From assembly GCA_003693705.1 (NCBI GenBank), contig RBZT01000747.1, forward strand, positions 1-33,687: a stretch of 33,687 nucleotides of DNA, written 5' to 3'. This document shows positions 1-11,600 of this stretch, piece by piece. The notes under the pieces were generated by a model that searched no databases, was not told the origin of the DNA, and saw nothing but the letters and a program-made list of their open reading frames with translations. Within the stretch, counting starts at the first letter, position 1; the number at the start of each line of letters is the position of its first letter. The position numbers and the translations under genes were made by a program. The DNA comes from Polymyxa betae A26-41. Lineage: Eukaryota; Protista; Endomyxa: Phytomyxea.

Positions 1-534
1 GTGCGTTCTGTTTCCGATTAGAAGGTCTCGAAGCCCTCCGTTGGGCTGAAACTCGCCGAACTCCCCCAAAGGCCTCCGAAATATGATTAGTAGGAGAGCC
101 ACGGACGCCGCCCACCGTGCCGAAATGCACGATAACTAATACAATCGAATCCAATCCTTTCCCTCTCCTTCATCCATGATCGACACATGGCCCATAACCT
201 CTTATATCCGATTGTTATGTGTCCAATCATCGTCGCTTCATTCATCCGAGTAGGATGAAAAGGCGTCGTACGCTACACGATTTTGTCTCCGAAACATTTC
301 CGACCAAGATTCTTAAGATTCTTTGTTAGAACTGATACAGTTATAGCTGGCGGGTTTATAGAAATGAAATAATCGCAGAGATAAAGGATTATAGGGCGCT
401 ATATTCCATTGACCATCCGGACTCGAATTCATCCGCATTCAGGCAATATATGGAGGTCACGCTACTATTGTCACGGCACAATAATCTCCAGAATCGATCT
501 GAATCGGTTGCCGTGGCGGACTTTTGCCCTTTGC

Positions 535-1560
535 ATGGGTGGTCATCACACTCCTGATTCATTCCGCAATCCGACGTTTGCCATGACGCTCTGGCTTCTT
601 CTGCTCCTGGTCGTACTGGTCCTGGTTCTGTTACCCGCAGATGTGGAAGCCGGCTTCCGCTTCAAAGCTTTTATCACCCTGATCGTATTGCTCTGCGCGT
701 TTTCCATCGTCAGTGTCTTCCTGCTGATCTTTCTTCCTCCGAATGCGTTGAAGAACGGATTTCATTCCCAGGATCAATACTTCATGATCGAGTTGTTCGG
801 ATTTATTGGGACCGTCGTCCTGAGTGGTGTCCTGGGATTGGCTGCCGCAGGTTTGGGAGGAGTTCGGAGTGGTATTCTGGCCGGACTCCTGTTTATGGGA
901 ATCTGGGCTGGTGCATCATTCGGTACGCAGAGAGCGCTCATGGAGCGTAACTACAACCATCAATGCCGTCAGTTGGGATACGATACTCGAATGACCGTGA
1001 ACAGCAAAACGTTACAGTCCGAACTGCATTTCTACAACAGCGGCGTTTCGCTACGCGCCTTTCGCACCTACGCACGCGATGAGCTCACAATCCCGTCCAT
1101 GACATTCTCACTGGAACGTCCCGCTGGTCCATCGAACCTCACTCAGGTTCAAGTCCGTCTCAGTCTCGATGGTCTGAACACGTCCGTGACGGGCCAGTAC
1201 GGCGCCAACGTCCGGGAGATCGGGACGGTGGAGTTTCGAAAACGTCGCCCAGCGCATTTTAAACTGCAGATGGGCCCGGAGCGGCCTCAGCTCCGGACCT
1301 GGTTTGCGGTCAACCTGAACCCGAACAAGATTCTGGATGGCGACGGCGTCGAGCTGGCCCGCATTCTGCCCAAGTTCTGGGATAATCCGCGGCATTTGGC
1401 GATCTGCGGACGCGAGAAGCACCTGGAGCTGAGCCTGTTTCTGGGCGCGATCACGCAGCAGTTCCAGAGCTACAATCGCCATTGTAAATGCCGAAAATAT
1501 TATATTGGGAATGTACTTTACGAGGATTGTCAGAACTCGTGCCCAGGCTTGCTCCCATAA
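535..1560 (+). CDS. Multi-pass membrane protein (about 4 TM helices) with a C-terminal soluble domain loosely resembling LURP-one/Tubby C-2
   Basis: Long ORF 409-1560 with first in-frame ATG at 535 (alternative 583). Four hydrophobic segments (TLWLLLLLVVLVLVLL, FITLIVLLCAFSIVSVFLLIF, LFGFIGTVVLSGVLGLAAAGL, GILAGLLFMGIWAGASF). The C-terminal ILDGDGVELARILPKFW...LELSLFLGAI pattern resembles LURP-one by eye only. The start is uncertain. Confidence 0.6.
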   Translation: MGGHHTPDSFRNPTFAMTLWLLLLLVVLVLVLLPADVEAGFRFKAFITLIVLLCAFSIVSVFLLIFLPPNALKNGFHSQDQYFMIELFGFIGTVVLSGVLGLAAAGLGGVRSGILAGLLFMGIWAGASFGTQRALMERNYNHQCRQLGYDTRMTVNSKTLQSELHFYNSGVSLRAFRTYARDELTIPSMTFSLERPAGPSNLTQVQVRLSLDGLNTSVTGQYGANVREIGTVEFRKRRPAHFKLQMGPERPQLRTWFAVNLNPNKILDGDGVELARILPKFWDNPRHLAICGREKHLELSLFLGAITQQFQSYNRHCKCRKYYIGNVLYEDCQNSCPGLLP

Positions 1561-2003
1561 CTAACAAAAATACTTCAATATTTTGTTTTTAGTTTCACAA
1601 TTTATCACTGAATTTGTTTTTATCTTCAATACATTCTAAAGAATTATGACGAGTGTTTCTATTGATCTCCATCACAGAACAAATGTAGGGTCGAAACATT
1701 ATATCAGTTCACTTTCACCTGTAGATTGGGATGTTTTCGATTCAGTTCTTGGCGCGCTTCTGAAGCAGTCTTCATGAAAACTTCGTCGGCGTTAGAGCCT
1801 TGAAGAAAGTGAGTGCGAAACCATTTCTGCATCAATAATAACATTGAAATCGGCACAATATGAGTTATGCAAAGCATCAGATGGCGACAAATAAATATTT
1901 TGGAAGATTAGAGAGTATCCATCTCTGCATCTAGCACAGATATTGTCCACTCAATGTGTAAACAACATCTGCTGGCTTCACGCGATTCTAAATCACGACA
2001 ACT

Positions 2004-2075
2004 TCCGATATAGTACAGGGGTCAGTATACCTGTCTTTCACATAGGAGACCGGGGTTCGAGTCCCCGTATCGGAA
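2004..2075 (+). tRNA. tRNA-Glu (TTC)
   Basis: Acceptor stem TCCGATA/TATCGGA. Anticodon arm CCTGT-CT-TTC-AC-ATAGG. T-arm CGGGG-TTCGAGT-CCCCG. Oligo-T Pol III terminator at 2079-2083. Confidence 0.95.
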
Positions 2076-3067
2076 AGCTTTTTGCCAAATCGGAATGCTT
2101 CCATGATCAGCAATTGGAATAGAGTTTCAAGCTGGCGTTGATATAGTGAAATTGAACTCAGAAAATGTGCGTGTTTTCAAGCATTCAATATTGATATTCA
2201 TCGCAATAATGGAGATGAAATAGGAGATAAAATTCATAGAAGTTGCGTGGATGCACCGCGCACAATTTTCGCAACTGAATTATCAAGTTCATGAGCGTTC
2301 ATTGAGCTGTGCATTGGTCTGATTTATATTCTGCTTCCGAGCTGCTCAGAGAATGTTGGCTGACATATTCGCCTCCATTATCAGAGATCATCGAGCTCGG
2401 TTTCCAGTGAATTGACGAAAATCGTGAACATTTTCAGGACATCAGATTTACGGCGTATTTCGTAAACGGCGACCTGTCGAATGTAATTGTCGATAATGGT
2501 GACGAAGAAACACTCTCCCCTCTGCGACCACGAAAGGGCATTTTCCCGCAAACATCCATTCGGAAGAGGTTTCCCGTAAGGAAGCCCGTTACAGCCACAT
2601 CACCATCAAGCTTGAACTCGACAGACATGACGTTACGCTTGAACAGATTTCGTCAGTTCCGTTAAAAGCGACGATTAATCCAATAATTGTTATTGATCTG
2701 TTGTACGATATTCTGCACTCAGGGACAAGTTTGTAAGGTGAAATGATAAAACGGGAACTTTACTTTCAACAATGCGAAAAGGAACTTCTCTTGAAAAGGC
2801 TCTGTGTCTAACAGAGTGGAATTTATAACTATGAAGAAACACACGACAGCAGTGAAACATTTCGCAGATGACCTTACTGATAATGTAATGTTACATCAGA
2901 TTCTATTCTTTGCAAATTGCATTATTATGATCGACGACTTTAGAGCATTGTGACCAAATCCATCAACTGCTGAACCGAAACCCGGCGATAACGTCCATAA
3001 TAGCGGTTTAGCATCTTGGCGATGGACGTACAGGCCCCGGTGACGACCCGTCTAACATGGGAGACCA

Positions 3068-3830
3068 GTGAGCGACTCGGCTCAGGTAGGGGGCTCAAAT
3101 AGCGTCTTTTGCCGTTCATCTAATAACACGAGTGCCGAATCAAAGGGGGCCGCGTTTCCAGACCGTGAAAGCCAGCATGACCATCCTGAAGAAAATCGAC
3201 ACGTTCGTATCTGTACGGATTCATTATCTTGTTTGCAACAACTGGCATCCCTTCCGTAACAAAAATACAAATTCGTCAACGCCGTCGTGAAAGGTGTTGC
3301 CGAAACGCTAGCTGAACTTAGCGAAGAAAACGAATTCGAACTTCACTTCATTCGTAATCATTCAAAGCAGATTGCAGAAAGTGATGCGATACATGAACTT
3401 GTCAAGCAGGCTGCAATAGATAGAGAATTGATTGAACACGACCCATTAGTTTCTTCATATAAAATACTTTATAAAAAGTTAGAAAGACAAAAACAAAATC
3501 ATTATTTAGAGAAAAAGGTGAAACCTACGAAACGAATTCCTCTAATAGACGGTTATTCTCGAACACAGAGTAGAGATGGTAATACAGACTACCAGATCTA
3601 CTTTGATAGCCCTCTATTAAACAGAGTAAGAGCAGGACGCACTCGAACTCAATCACATTTACACAACTTAAAAAATAGAGCCCAGCGATGTATGTCGACA
3701 CTGCCATACAAAGAGTGAAACTATAGAACATCAACTGCTGATATGTATTTATAACAAATTTCAAGATCAACTGAAAAAATATCGCAAGAAATACAAACAA
3801 ATAAATTTCGCACAAACTTCAACGACGCAC
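3068..3830 (+). mobile_element. Degenerate 3' remnant of a non-LTR retrotransposon (RNase H plus C-terminal CCHC zinc knuckle)
   Basis: One frame across a TAA at 3257-3259 gives SAE...ICTDSLSCLQQL...ELHFIRNHS...DAIHELVKQAA (RNase H motifs), then LNRVRAGRTRTQSHL. After a frameshift near 3670-3675 it reads IEPSDVCRHCHTKSETIEHQLLIC (CxxC...H...C), typical of LINE ORF2 C-termini. Confidence 0.75.
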
Positions 3831-5149
3831 TTTATACAGACGCCAAACTCTTGGCAGTTTCTAGCTGCAGCATCTTCTCACGGCTGTTACATTTAGCGAC
3901 GCATGGCGAAAGCTGGGAATCCAGAAGGAGATTAGTAGAAAGGTTAGGGTACATGGGATTGGATTGGGTGGGTGCCTCCCTTACCTTATCGAGGCTCTCT
4001 TTGGTCCAGCTGATAGGGCCGCTTACGATCAGCAATTATCGAAACGGGTGAAATACTGTGACGCCCCGAAATCGTTAGTAGGGGTTCGAAAATCTATTTG
4101 GGCAATTTACCTAAACATTCCAGTCAGATTTTCAAAAGAATTTTTTATGGGAAACGGCCCCGGTTCGCGTCTAACTGTACACGAAGTCAGCGTTCAGGAA
4201 TCGGGCGCAGCCCCCTCCCTTCTCGTTCTCATTTGTGAGACAGTTCGCCTCCCTTTGACAAAGAGGAGAGCAGGGTTTCCAGGTTTGCGATCGCGAGAGG
4301 GCGCTCTCTGTCTTAAGAATATATCTGATGAGGATCGGACAGCGCGGCTTGAGCATTCGGATGTGCCTATGGGGCAGGCTCTGTCCCAGCCATAGATCCC
4401 TGCAGATGGAATCCCAACAATGATATAGACGTCTCAAGACTAGGCAATTGAAGTACCTGTTTATTGGAAGAAAAAAGCAGTGCTCACGAATATGGAGAGC
4501 TTGATTAGAAAGTTTCGGTTTTTCTGAAAACATTTTTAACATGTTGACGACCTCAATCATCTCAGCAAAAGAGAATATGATCAGTATCACACGAAAACGT
4601 TCTGAAAAAAGTGATTCGATCCAGGTTCAGTTCGAAACCGACTGAAAATCCAAACCAAAGGCAGACGAAGAACTGATCAAAACCGATATGTTTGCCAGAC
4701 AGAAAAGCGAAGGAAATGAGCGAGAAGCACAGATTCTTAGACAATAGAAATCATAACGAAAGAGTTGGGAGAAAAAAGTTTTGAAGTTAAAAAAACGCAG
4801 GGTTGTAAAAAAATATGCTTTGAAGTTTTAAAGACGCAGAGTTGGGAAAAATAGTATTAAAGTGAGAGAAAGGATTGCCTTGACGCTCCAATCAATCCAA
4901 GAGATCGCGGATTCACTCAAATCGAGACCATCATCAGACACAAGAATCGCAATCCCATCGAAATCGGGGATTTTAAAACGATTTCCCTTCCGGAATAATC
5001 CGAGGCCGCATTCCTCGCCCGCAAAATTTTTGGTCAATTTGACCCATCTCTCCCACTCGGGCATCAATCCGTCGGACTGAACCACACAGACCACGGACTG
5101 CGTCACGACCGGATCCCTCATAGTGTCTTTGGCATCGTCCCGAATCGAC

Positions 5150-6711
5150 ATGATCCTCGTACACGCCGTTGTCGTACTGGCTCTACAGGTCGTGGCCGCG
5201 GCGGCGGCCTCCGTCTCCCTGGTCGTCATTCGCCCGGGCTGCATCGACGACCAGTACGCCGTCGATTACGAACGCGACCTTCGAGTGCTGTCACGCTCGG
5301 ACTCGCTCCTGGACGCCCGGACCAGTACGACGGGGACGGGGTCCGGCAGCAGCTCCAGTTCGGACTCGCTTGGCGGCCGCAGTAGCTCGGTAACGTGCAG
5401 TACGGGCTGCTGTTCGGATTCTGCGGAGCATTCGGGCGTGTTTCGCGGCGTCCGGCGCAGAGACGGGCGCGACGTGATCGTGAAGCGGATTGCGAAGAGC
5501 GCGCAGCAGGAGGCGTTGAAGGAAGCGGAATTAATGGCGTTCCTGGATGGGGTCGACACGACCATGAGGCTGTACGACGTGGTCGAGAACGAGCAGTATT
5601 GTTACCTGGTGATGCAGTATTTCCAGGGGCGGACAGTCCGGGAGTATCTGCGGGATTTGGTCGCGGATTCGGAGTGCGGCTTTCAGGAGGTTATGGATCG
5701 GATCCGGTTTATAGCCGGATCGGTAGCGCGGACACTGACCCAGTTTCTAGATCGTGGCGTCATGCATTGGGATCTTCACTCCCTTAATGGTAGGTGCAGC
5801 GGCCTCCTCTTCCCACTTTTACAAACTGCGAAGCCTTTCTTTTATTAAGAGCTTTTCTTTTGCCAACTTTCCAAGTTTTCCGGAAAAAAATAATGATTTT
5901 GAAAATAGGACAGGCGGCCTCCTCTTCCCACTTTACAAACTATGAAGACTGTTTTTGTTATGAGCTTCCTTTCTTCCAATTCTCCAAATTTTCCGAAAAA
6001 AAATAACGCTTTTGAAGATGGAGCAGGGCTTTGGTTGTCTATACTGCTTCAAAAGATTAATTTTAACCTTTTGTAAGGTGTCCAACTTTTTTGGGGGGTT
6101 TAGGGTTTCTTAGGCCTCTGCTGGTACTGATTCGTCTCTTCCTCTCAGTGCTCATCGATGCCGACGACAACGTCGCTGTCATCGACCTTGGCCAATCACG
6201 GACGATCTTCGATCATTGGCTGCCGAATTACGAGCTCAACCTGATCCGATACGATTCGTTCAACGCCATGCAGTCGCGCAATTTCAAGATCTTCCTGAAG
6301 CAGCTGTTCCAGATCGCCGAGTGCAGATCCCAGGACTTACTGGTCCACGATCCGCTCTACCAACGGGTCGTACTGAACCCGCGGGCGTCGCTCCCGATCG
6401 CGGACCTGCTGACGGACGACGCCAAGGGCAAGTTGCGCGGCGAGAACGCCGCCCGGCGCTATCGCGATTTCCATCAGTCGTTCCCGTTGCGGAGTGCGCT
6501 GGGCGGCGCCGGGGCGGTACGACCGGTGGTGAGCGATGCGCAGATGGTGGCGCAGGCGCGATTCTGGGAGATGCGTCGCAGTCCGACGGAACCGAGCGGA
6601 CTCGAGCCTGAGGAGGTTGCGACGCTGCTGAGGTCGTTGTCGAAGAGAAGCAAAAGTCGGATTTTTGCGGTGTGGCTGTCGCGGTACATTTCCGGATCTG
6701 CCGAGGTTTAG
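5150..6711 (+). CDS. Signal-peptide-bearing atypical protein kinase, 2 exons (5150-5789, 6149-6711), about 400 aa
   Basis: Hydrophobic N-terminus MILVHAVVVLALQVVAAAAAS, Ser-rich linker, VIVK and alphaC EAE. Intron 5790-6148 (GTAGGT...TACTGAT...CTCAG) splices to give HWDLHSLNVLIDADDNVAVIDLG. A possible extra 45-nt intron at 6706-6750 would alter the last residue. Confidence 0.85.
5799..6004. repeat. Imperfect tandem duplication (about 116-bp unit x2) inside the kinase intron
   Basis: GCGGCCTCCTCTTCCCACTTT(T)ACAAACT...GAGCTT...TTTTCCG(G)AAAAAAA(A)TAA occurs from about 5799 and again from about 5915. Confidence 0.85.
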
Positions 6712-7663
6712 ATCCCGTGACCTATTTCAGCTAGGGTTAGGGTTGTACAGATGTAAAACTGATCGATCAATCATACTGTTCAACATAACATATTTGTCAA
6801 TAGAGACTATTCTATAGACTGAGAATTCTTTAAGAATCGGATCTTTCGCTGTAAATTGTTTTTTTATAGCAATCGTATTCTTTGAAAAATCATTTTGCCA
6901 AAGCCCAGAAATCTTTTTCCTTTATAGCTGCTGCTGCTGTTGAAACTAGGTACCATATGCAGAAACACTTTCAAAGGAACACAGAATTCTTTTCTAAACA
7001 GACGTACAGGAATATGAAGGAAGATTGGGACTACCGTAGCGGACCTTTCTACTTTGATTGTTTGGTAGTGCCAATATAACAAAGATTATAGGGGTCGATG
7101 CCGGGCTGAGAGTTCCAAACACAAAGCCAAAATGCAGATTTCATCGATACAACCATTTTCGAGTCTCGAGTTTGAAAATTGGCTCTCTCCCTTGCGCAGT
7201 TATAACGCATGAAAGTCGTTTGGAGAGCTGAGAGGTTGCCGATTGTCAAAGAGACAAAAAGTTTAAAGTGCGCTCAGATTTTCCACGGTACTTTTTGTCG
7301 ACAGTCATTTTGTATCAAAAACAGTATTTTGCGGACGCAGAGTTTGTGAGCATATTTTGAGTAGGAGAAAGTCGCAGCTTCCGTGAGCGCGCAAAATTCT
7401 TCGGCAGTTGATGCAACACCCATGACCTCGTAAAGCCACCGCCTCCTGTCGCAGGCATGCAGCTGCCTCTTCCGAAACATTCCTCCTCGCATGCTGGAAA
7501 TTGATGCTCGCAAAATTTTACGCAAATTGTGGAACTACATACAAAATGAAATTGTCGCTGTTGACAGAGTTATGGTGCTTCTGAATCCAAGCAGTCTGAT
7601 GATTGCTAAATTCGTTCAGTTCAATGATACATTTTATTGTAAGAATCCGGAAGCAAAAATAAC

Positions 7664-7750
7664 AACCCACGGCGGGGCTCGAACCCGCAGCCTTGTGATT
7701 GACTCCCAATTTGTAAGAGTCCCACGCTCTACCGATTGAGCTACGCGGGC
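7664..7750 (-). tRNA. tRNA-Lys (CTT) with a 14-nt intron at position 37/38 (7700-7713)
   Basis: Reverse complement reads GCCCGCG TA GCTC AATCGGTA GAGC G TGGGA CT CTT A [CAAATTGGGAGTCA] A TCACA AGGCT GCGGG TTCGAGC CCCGC CGTGGGT T. The intron GGGAGTC can pair with the anticodon region. TTTTT follows downstream. Confidence 0.9.
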
Positions 7751-8608
7751 TGATGATGTTACGTTACAACTTCATCGTTCCAACAAACGTAGACCTTGAC
7801 GAGGGAAGTTCTTTCTGGATTCGATGGGATTGCAATTTTGTTCGCACCTTTTGTTGATAATCAAGGCTCTCGAAATTTCGATTATCTTGAAGCTTAACGT
7901 ACGAAATTTCACACATTGTAGGAGTATGGTTGCCGTAGTTACAATCGCTTAAAGCTTCTGTGCTGATTGATTTGAATCCCAAATAGACGGACTATAAATC
8001 AAAACTGCACTTTTTTCGCAGAATTTTGTGATGTACAAACTGTAACTTGTTGCTGAGCTGATTTCTGCGGGATTCCTCCGAAATGCAACGCAATCGCGAC
8101 GTGAAAGCTTTAATGAAATGTAAACTGGTACAACAGTATCTCTATAGAGACTGCAAAGTCGACGTAAAATATTCCCAAAGATCTGTTAAATTCTTCATCT
8201 GATGAATACCGCACGTTCGACGGTCGTCCACGTTCTGTAGAGACTCTTGCGTCTCAAAAATTGAACGCTCAGGCCTGTGCCCTCACGTCCCAGCTTTTGG
8301 ATCTGAGCTACGACAAGTTGCCTAATTGTCTCGTTGGCGATTTTAGCGTCGATAACGAGTGCCCTGACTACAACTTCTTAGACAGAATCGTTTCCGATTT
8401 GCAGGTTCTATGATCTCATCGTGATGGTAATGACAGAAAATCGCTCCATTTGCGACAGAAAACGCACTTGAAGGATGCAGTTCAGATATAAGGTTGCTTA
8501 CGTTTAGAAAATGCTAAACCCTAGCTGGCACCATATATTTGCTTTTCAATGAATGATTGATATATTTGAACTAAGAACGCAGAACATCGAGACTGACTCC
8601 GACTCCGA

Positions 8609-11600
8609 CTACGATTTCTTACCACCACCGACCTCGACAACTGAGTGAGCAGCTTTCAGCGCTGACGACCTGGGCGAACATGATCGCGGCTGTGCGCTCC
8701 AAGCCGCTAACGCATCGCCGGTTCTGGTCGAGTCCCGATGTGATTGTGACGTGGAAGCCGTCGGTTCAATTAATGAAGCCGGGTTGTCCGTAGCAGACGA
8801 AACGGAATCGATCGTTAGCCGTACTGGATCGTTTTCGGAGCTCAGTGAGAGCCGTGATTCTGGTTGCGGCTCAATCTCTTTCTCATTCCGTGCAGGCGTT
8901 GAATCGAAGCTGGAAACAGACGCCGGTTGGATAGCAGCGACCGGAGCTGGCACGCCTTCCGCGGATTTGGGCTCGGCCAGAATCCAGGGCTCTTTCAGAG
9001 CCTGAGCGACGGTCAAGCGACGGCGCGCATCTGGACAGAGTAGCTTGCGGATCATGCCTTTGGCCTCGTCCGAAATCTGAGCACAAACGGGGTCCCCGTC
9101 GATCGGCAACCTGCCGCTGATTGTCTGCGCGTAAAGTCATTGACCTAGTTCAAAGACTTTTGATTGAAAATAACCAAAAAGCGCACTGAGGAGAAGTTAC
9201 TTCGAACATAACAGAAAGGGGGATAAATGGAAATTTAAATCGGGCTGTACATTGAGTAAATAGAGTTTCCTGAATGAGCCGTAGACCTCCAGACAAATAG
9301 AAAATCTTTTAAAAAGAGAATGCAACCGTTGGAGGAAAAATGGGGTTGAAAAAGTGCCAAACCTTATCGATCATTTCGTCCTTGTTTTTAGAGTCGAAAG
9401 GTAACCGGCCCCGTAGAAGGACGTACATGATGACACCAATTGACCACAGGTCGACTTCTTTGCCATATCCGACCTGGGTCAGGACCTCGGGAGCAACGTA
9501 GGCTAGCGTTCCGCATGGCATGCTCATCGACTCATTAGGCGCCGTGAACTTACTCAAACCGAAATCGGCAACCTAAGCACAGAAGTTCATCAATTGAAGC
9601 TCACGAGGAAAAGAAAAATTAAAACTGTTCATAAGAGAGAAAACTAAAGCATTTGAAAGCGCTAGGTATAAGAAGAGAGTAGATAGAAAACCTTAAATAA
9701 AAAACGCAATTCGCTGAAAAGCAATCCCATGTGCGAACCTGTATATCGAGATCGGAATCAGGATACGTCATCATAATATTTTCCGGTTTAAGATCCCTGT
9801 AAACAACATTCAATTGGTGATAGAGAGCACATGCAGAGAGGGACCTGTGAGCGATACCCCGATCGTGCAGGTATTGAACAGCATTCAACAACTGCCGAAC
9901 AACGGATCTGGCCGCGACTTCCGTAAATCGATGCCGTTTCAGTATTCGTTCGAATAAGTCACCGCCTAAAGCAACCAAAAAAATTTGGGAGGCCGAAGGC
10001 ACACAGATTTGGCAACAAAATAAAGGGATTCCAAACACGACAAAAAAAGCCATAGCAATAGAAGACAATGTGGAAACAAGGACCTTCAACAAGTGTAGTG
10101 ATTATATAGATTTTGGAGCGCGTTTCAAACACGTTTTTTAAATGAATCACATTGGGATGATGGACCAGCTGGAGAACGGCGATTTCCGTTCGCAGCATCT
10201 CACGCTCCGTATCACTCATGCCTAAAAATACATCAGTAACCATCTCAATTGGAGGGTTGTAAATGTTCAATGACATGAAATCCTTATCAAACCCAACACT
10301 CATTTGCTGATAATCGAATCCTTAACAATGCCAAAACATATTTGCTGAAAGCTTCGTAATTAATGGAAAAAGCTCAAAAGAATCCGGCAAACGAAATGGT
10401 TTGATAGTGAATGCAATAATTGAGATCGTGCTGGAGTACGTACCGGTCTTGTCGATAATCTTAACAGCATATTTCTTCCCTGTAACTTTATGCGTACATC
10501 CACAGACAGACGAGAATTTCCCGGTGCCGAGCTGCGCCCCAATATCGTAATAATCCTGAAAGAATTTGAGAACAAGTACACCAGAAGACGAAACAAAAGA
10601 AGTATCCAGCTTGAAGAATAACAAATTGACAGAAAACAAACGTCCTTAAAGAAAATAAAAGAGGGAACATTACCTCAAGAACGAATTGTCGAGCGGCATG
10701 CCGGAAAGCAATACACCAGTCATTCTGCGATTGCTCGTCTTTGGCGTAGAAGAAACGGGAGACGGTGTGCTCGGACGTCGGCATGGAAACCTCAATGCCA
10801 TACTTCATAGGCGGATTACGATCGCCATGGTCGACGGGCTCCACGAAACACCCCTCCAGGCAGAGCAGCCCGGTCGGTCGTACGTCTTTGTCGCTGTGGA
10901 AAGTGTACAAAAAATTATCCTTGATCATGAACCACCGGAACTTCAGTGTCTATTGGGAACGTTTATCACAATATTGCATGAAAAAAAAGGTTTTTTTTCT
11001 AAACTTTCAATGCGAAGGGTGGACGAGGAGCTCAAAGGGCAAACAAATGGATATTCGCGGGTATTACTACAAAGCAATACGAAGCAGCGAAAGAAAGCAC
11101 TTGAACATAACGCAATGAGAGCAATAATGAAGACGAAAGACACAGAAACAGTAGCACTGGAACTATGACGAAAGCCAGATACAGATAATAACAGAAAAGG
11201 CGGAAAATGAACAAGCATGAACAGCAAGGTTTTATATGCATGAAATGAAACCAACCTTAAACATGCTTCCGATCTTGTAAAGCCATCCTTCTATCTGACA
11301 GTGACCGTCATCAGGCAATCTATGATGTCACAGTAATCAGCAAAACCCTGATATGGATCAACGCATACCCACGACCGAACATCGGCTCCAGCGGCTTATC
11401 GTTCAACGATAAGTCGAAGCCACAATGCATGCAGTGCGTACAGGTCCATTGCATGCCCTGGGAGCAGCAGTCCCGACACGTAATGATGTTGCTCTTCATT
11501 GAGAGCAATGGCTTCCCGCAACAACAGCAGTTTTGGATTGAAATCACGTAATGGCAAGCTTGACATACGGCGTGCATTCCCAGGCTACATGAAGGGCAGT

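Noticed and set aside
2654-2666. 13-bp match CAGTTCCGTTAAA shared with about 15053-15065
   Set aside because: Matches of this length are expected by chance in 34 kb, and there is no flanking similarity.
6864-7525. Possible decayed genes here and at 3832-4590, 14207-14977 and 24169-25150
   Set aside because: Short, stop-riddled frames with no motif I can identify. They may be pseudogene or transposon debris but cannot be supported.
8330-8410. LVGDFSVD resembling an endonuclease GDFN motif
   Set aside because: A single weak motif in a short frame with no supporting motifs.
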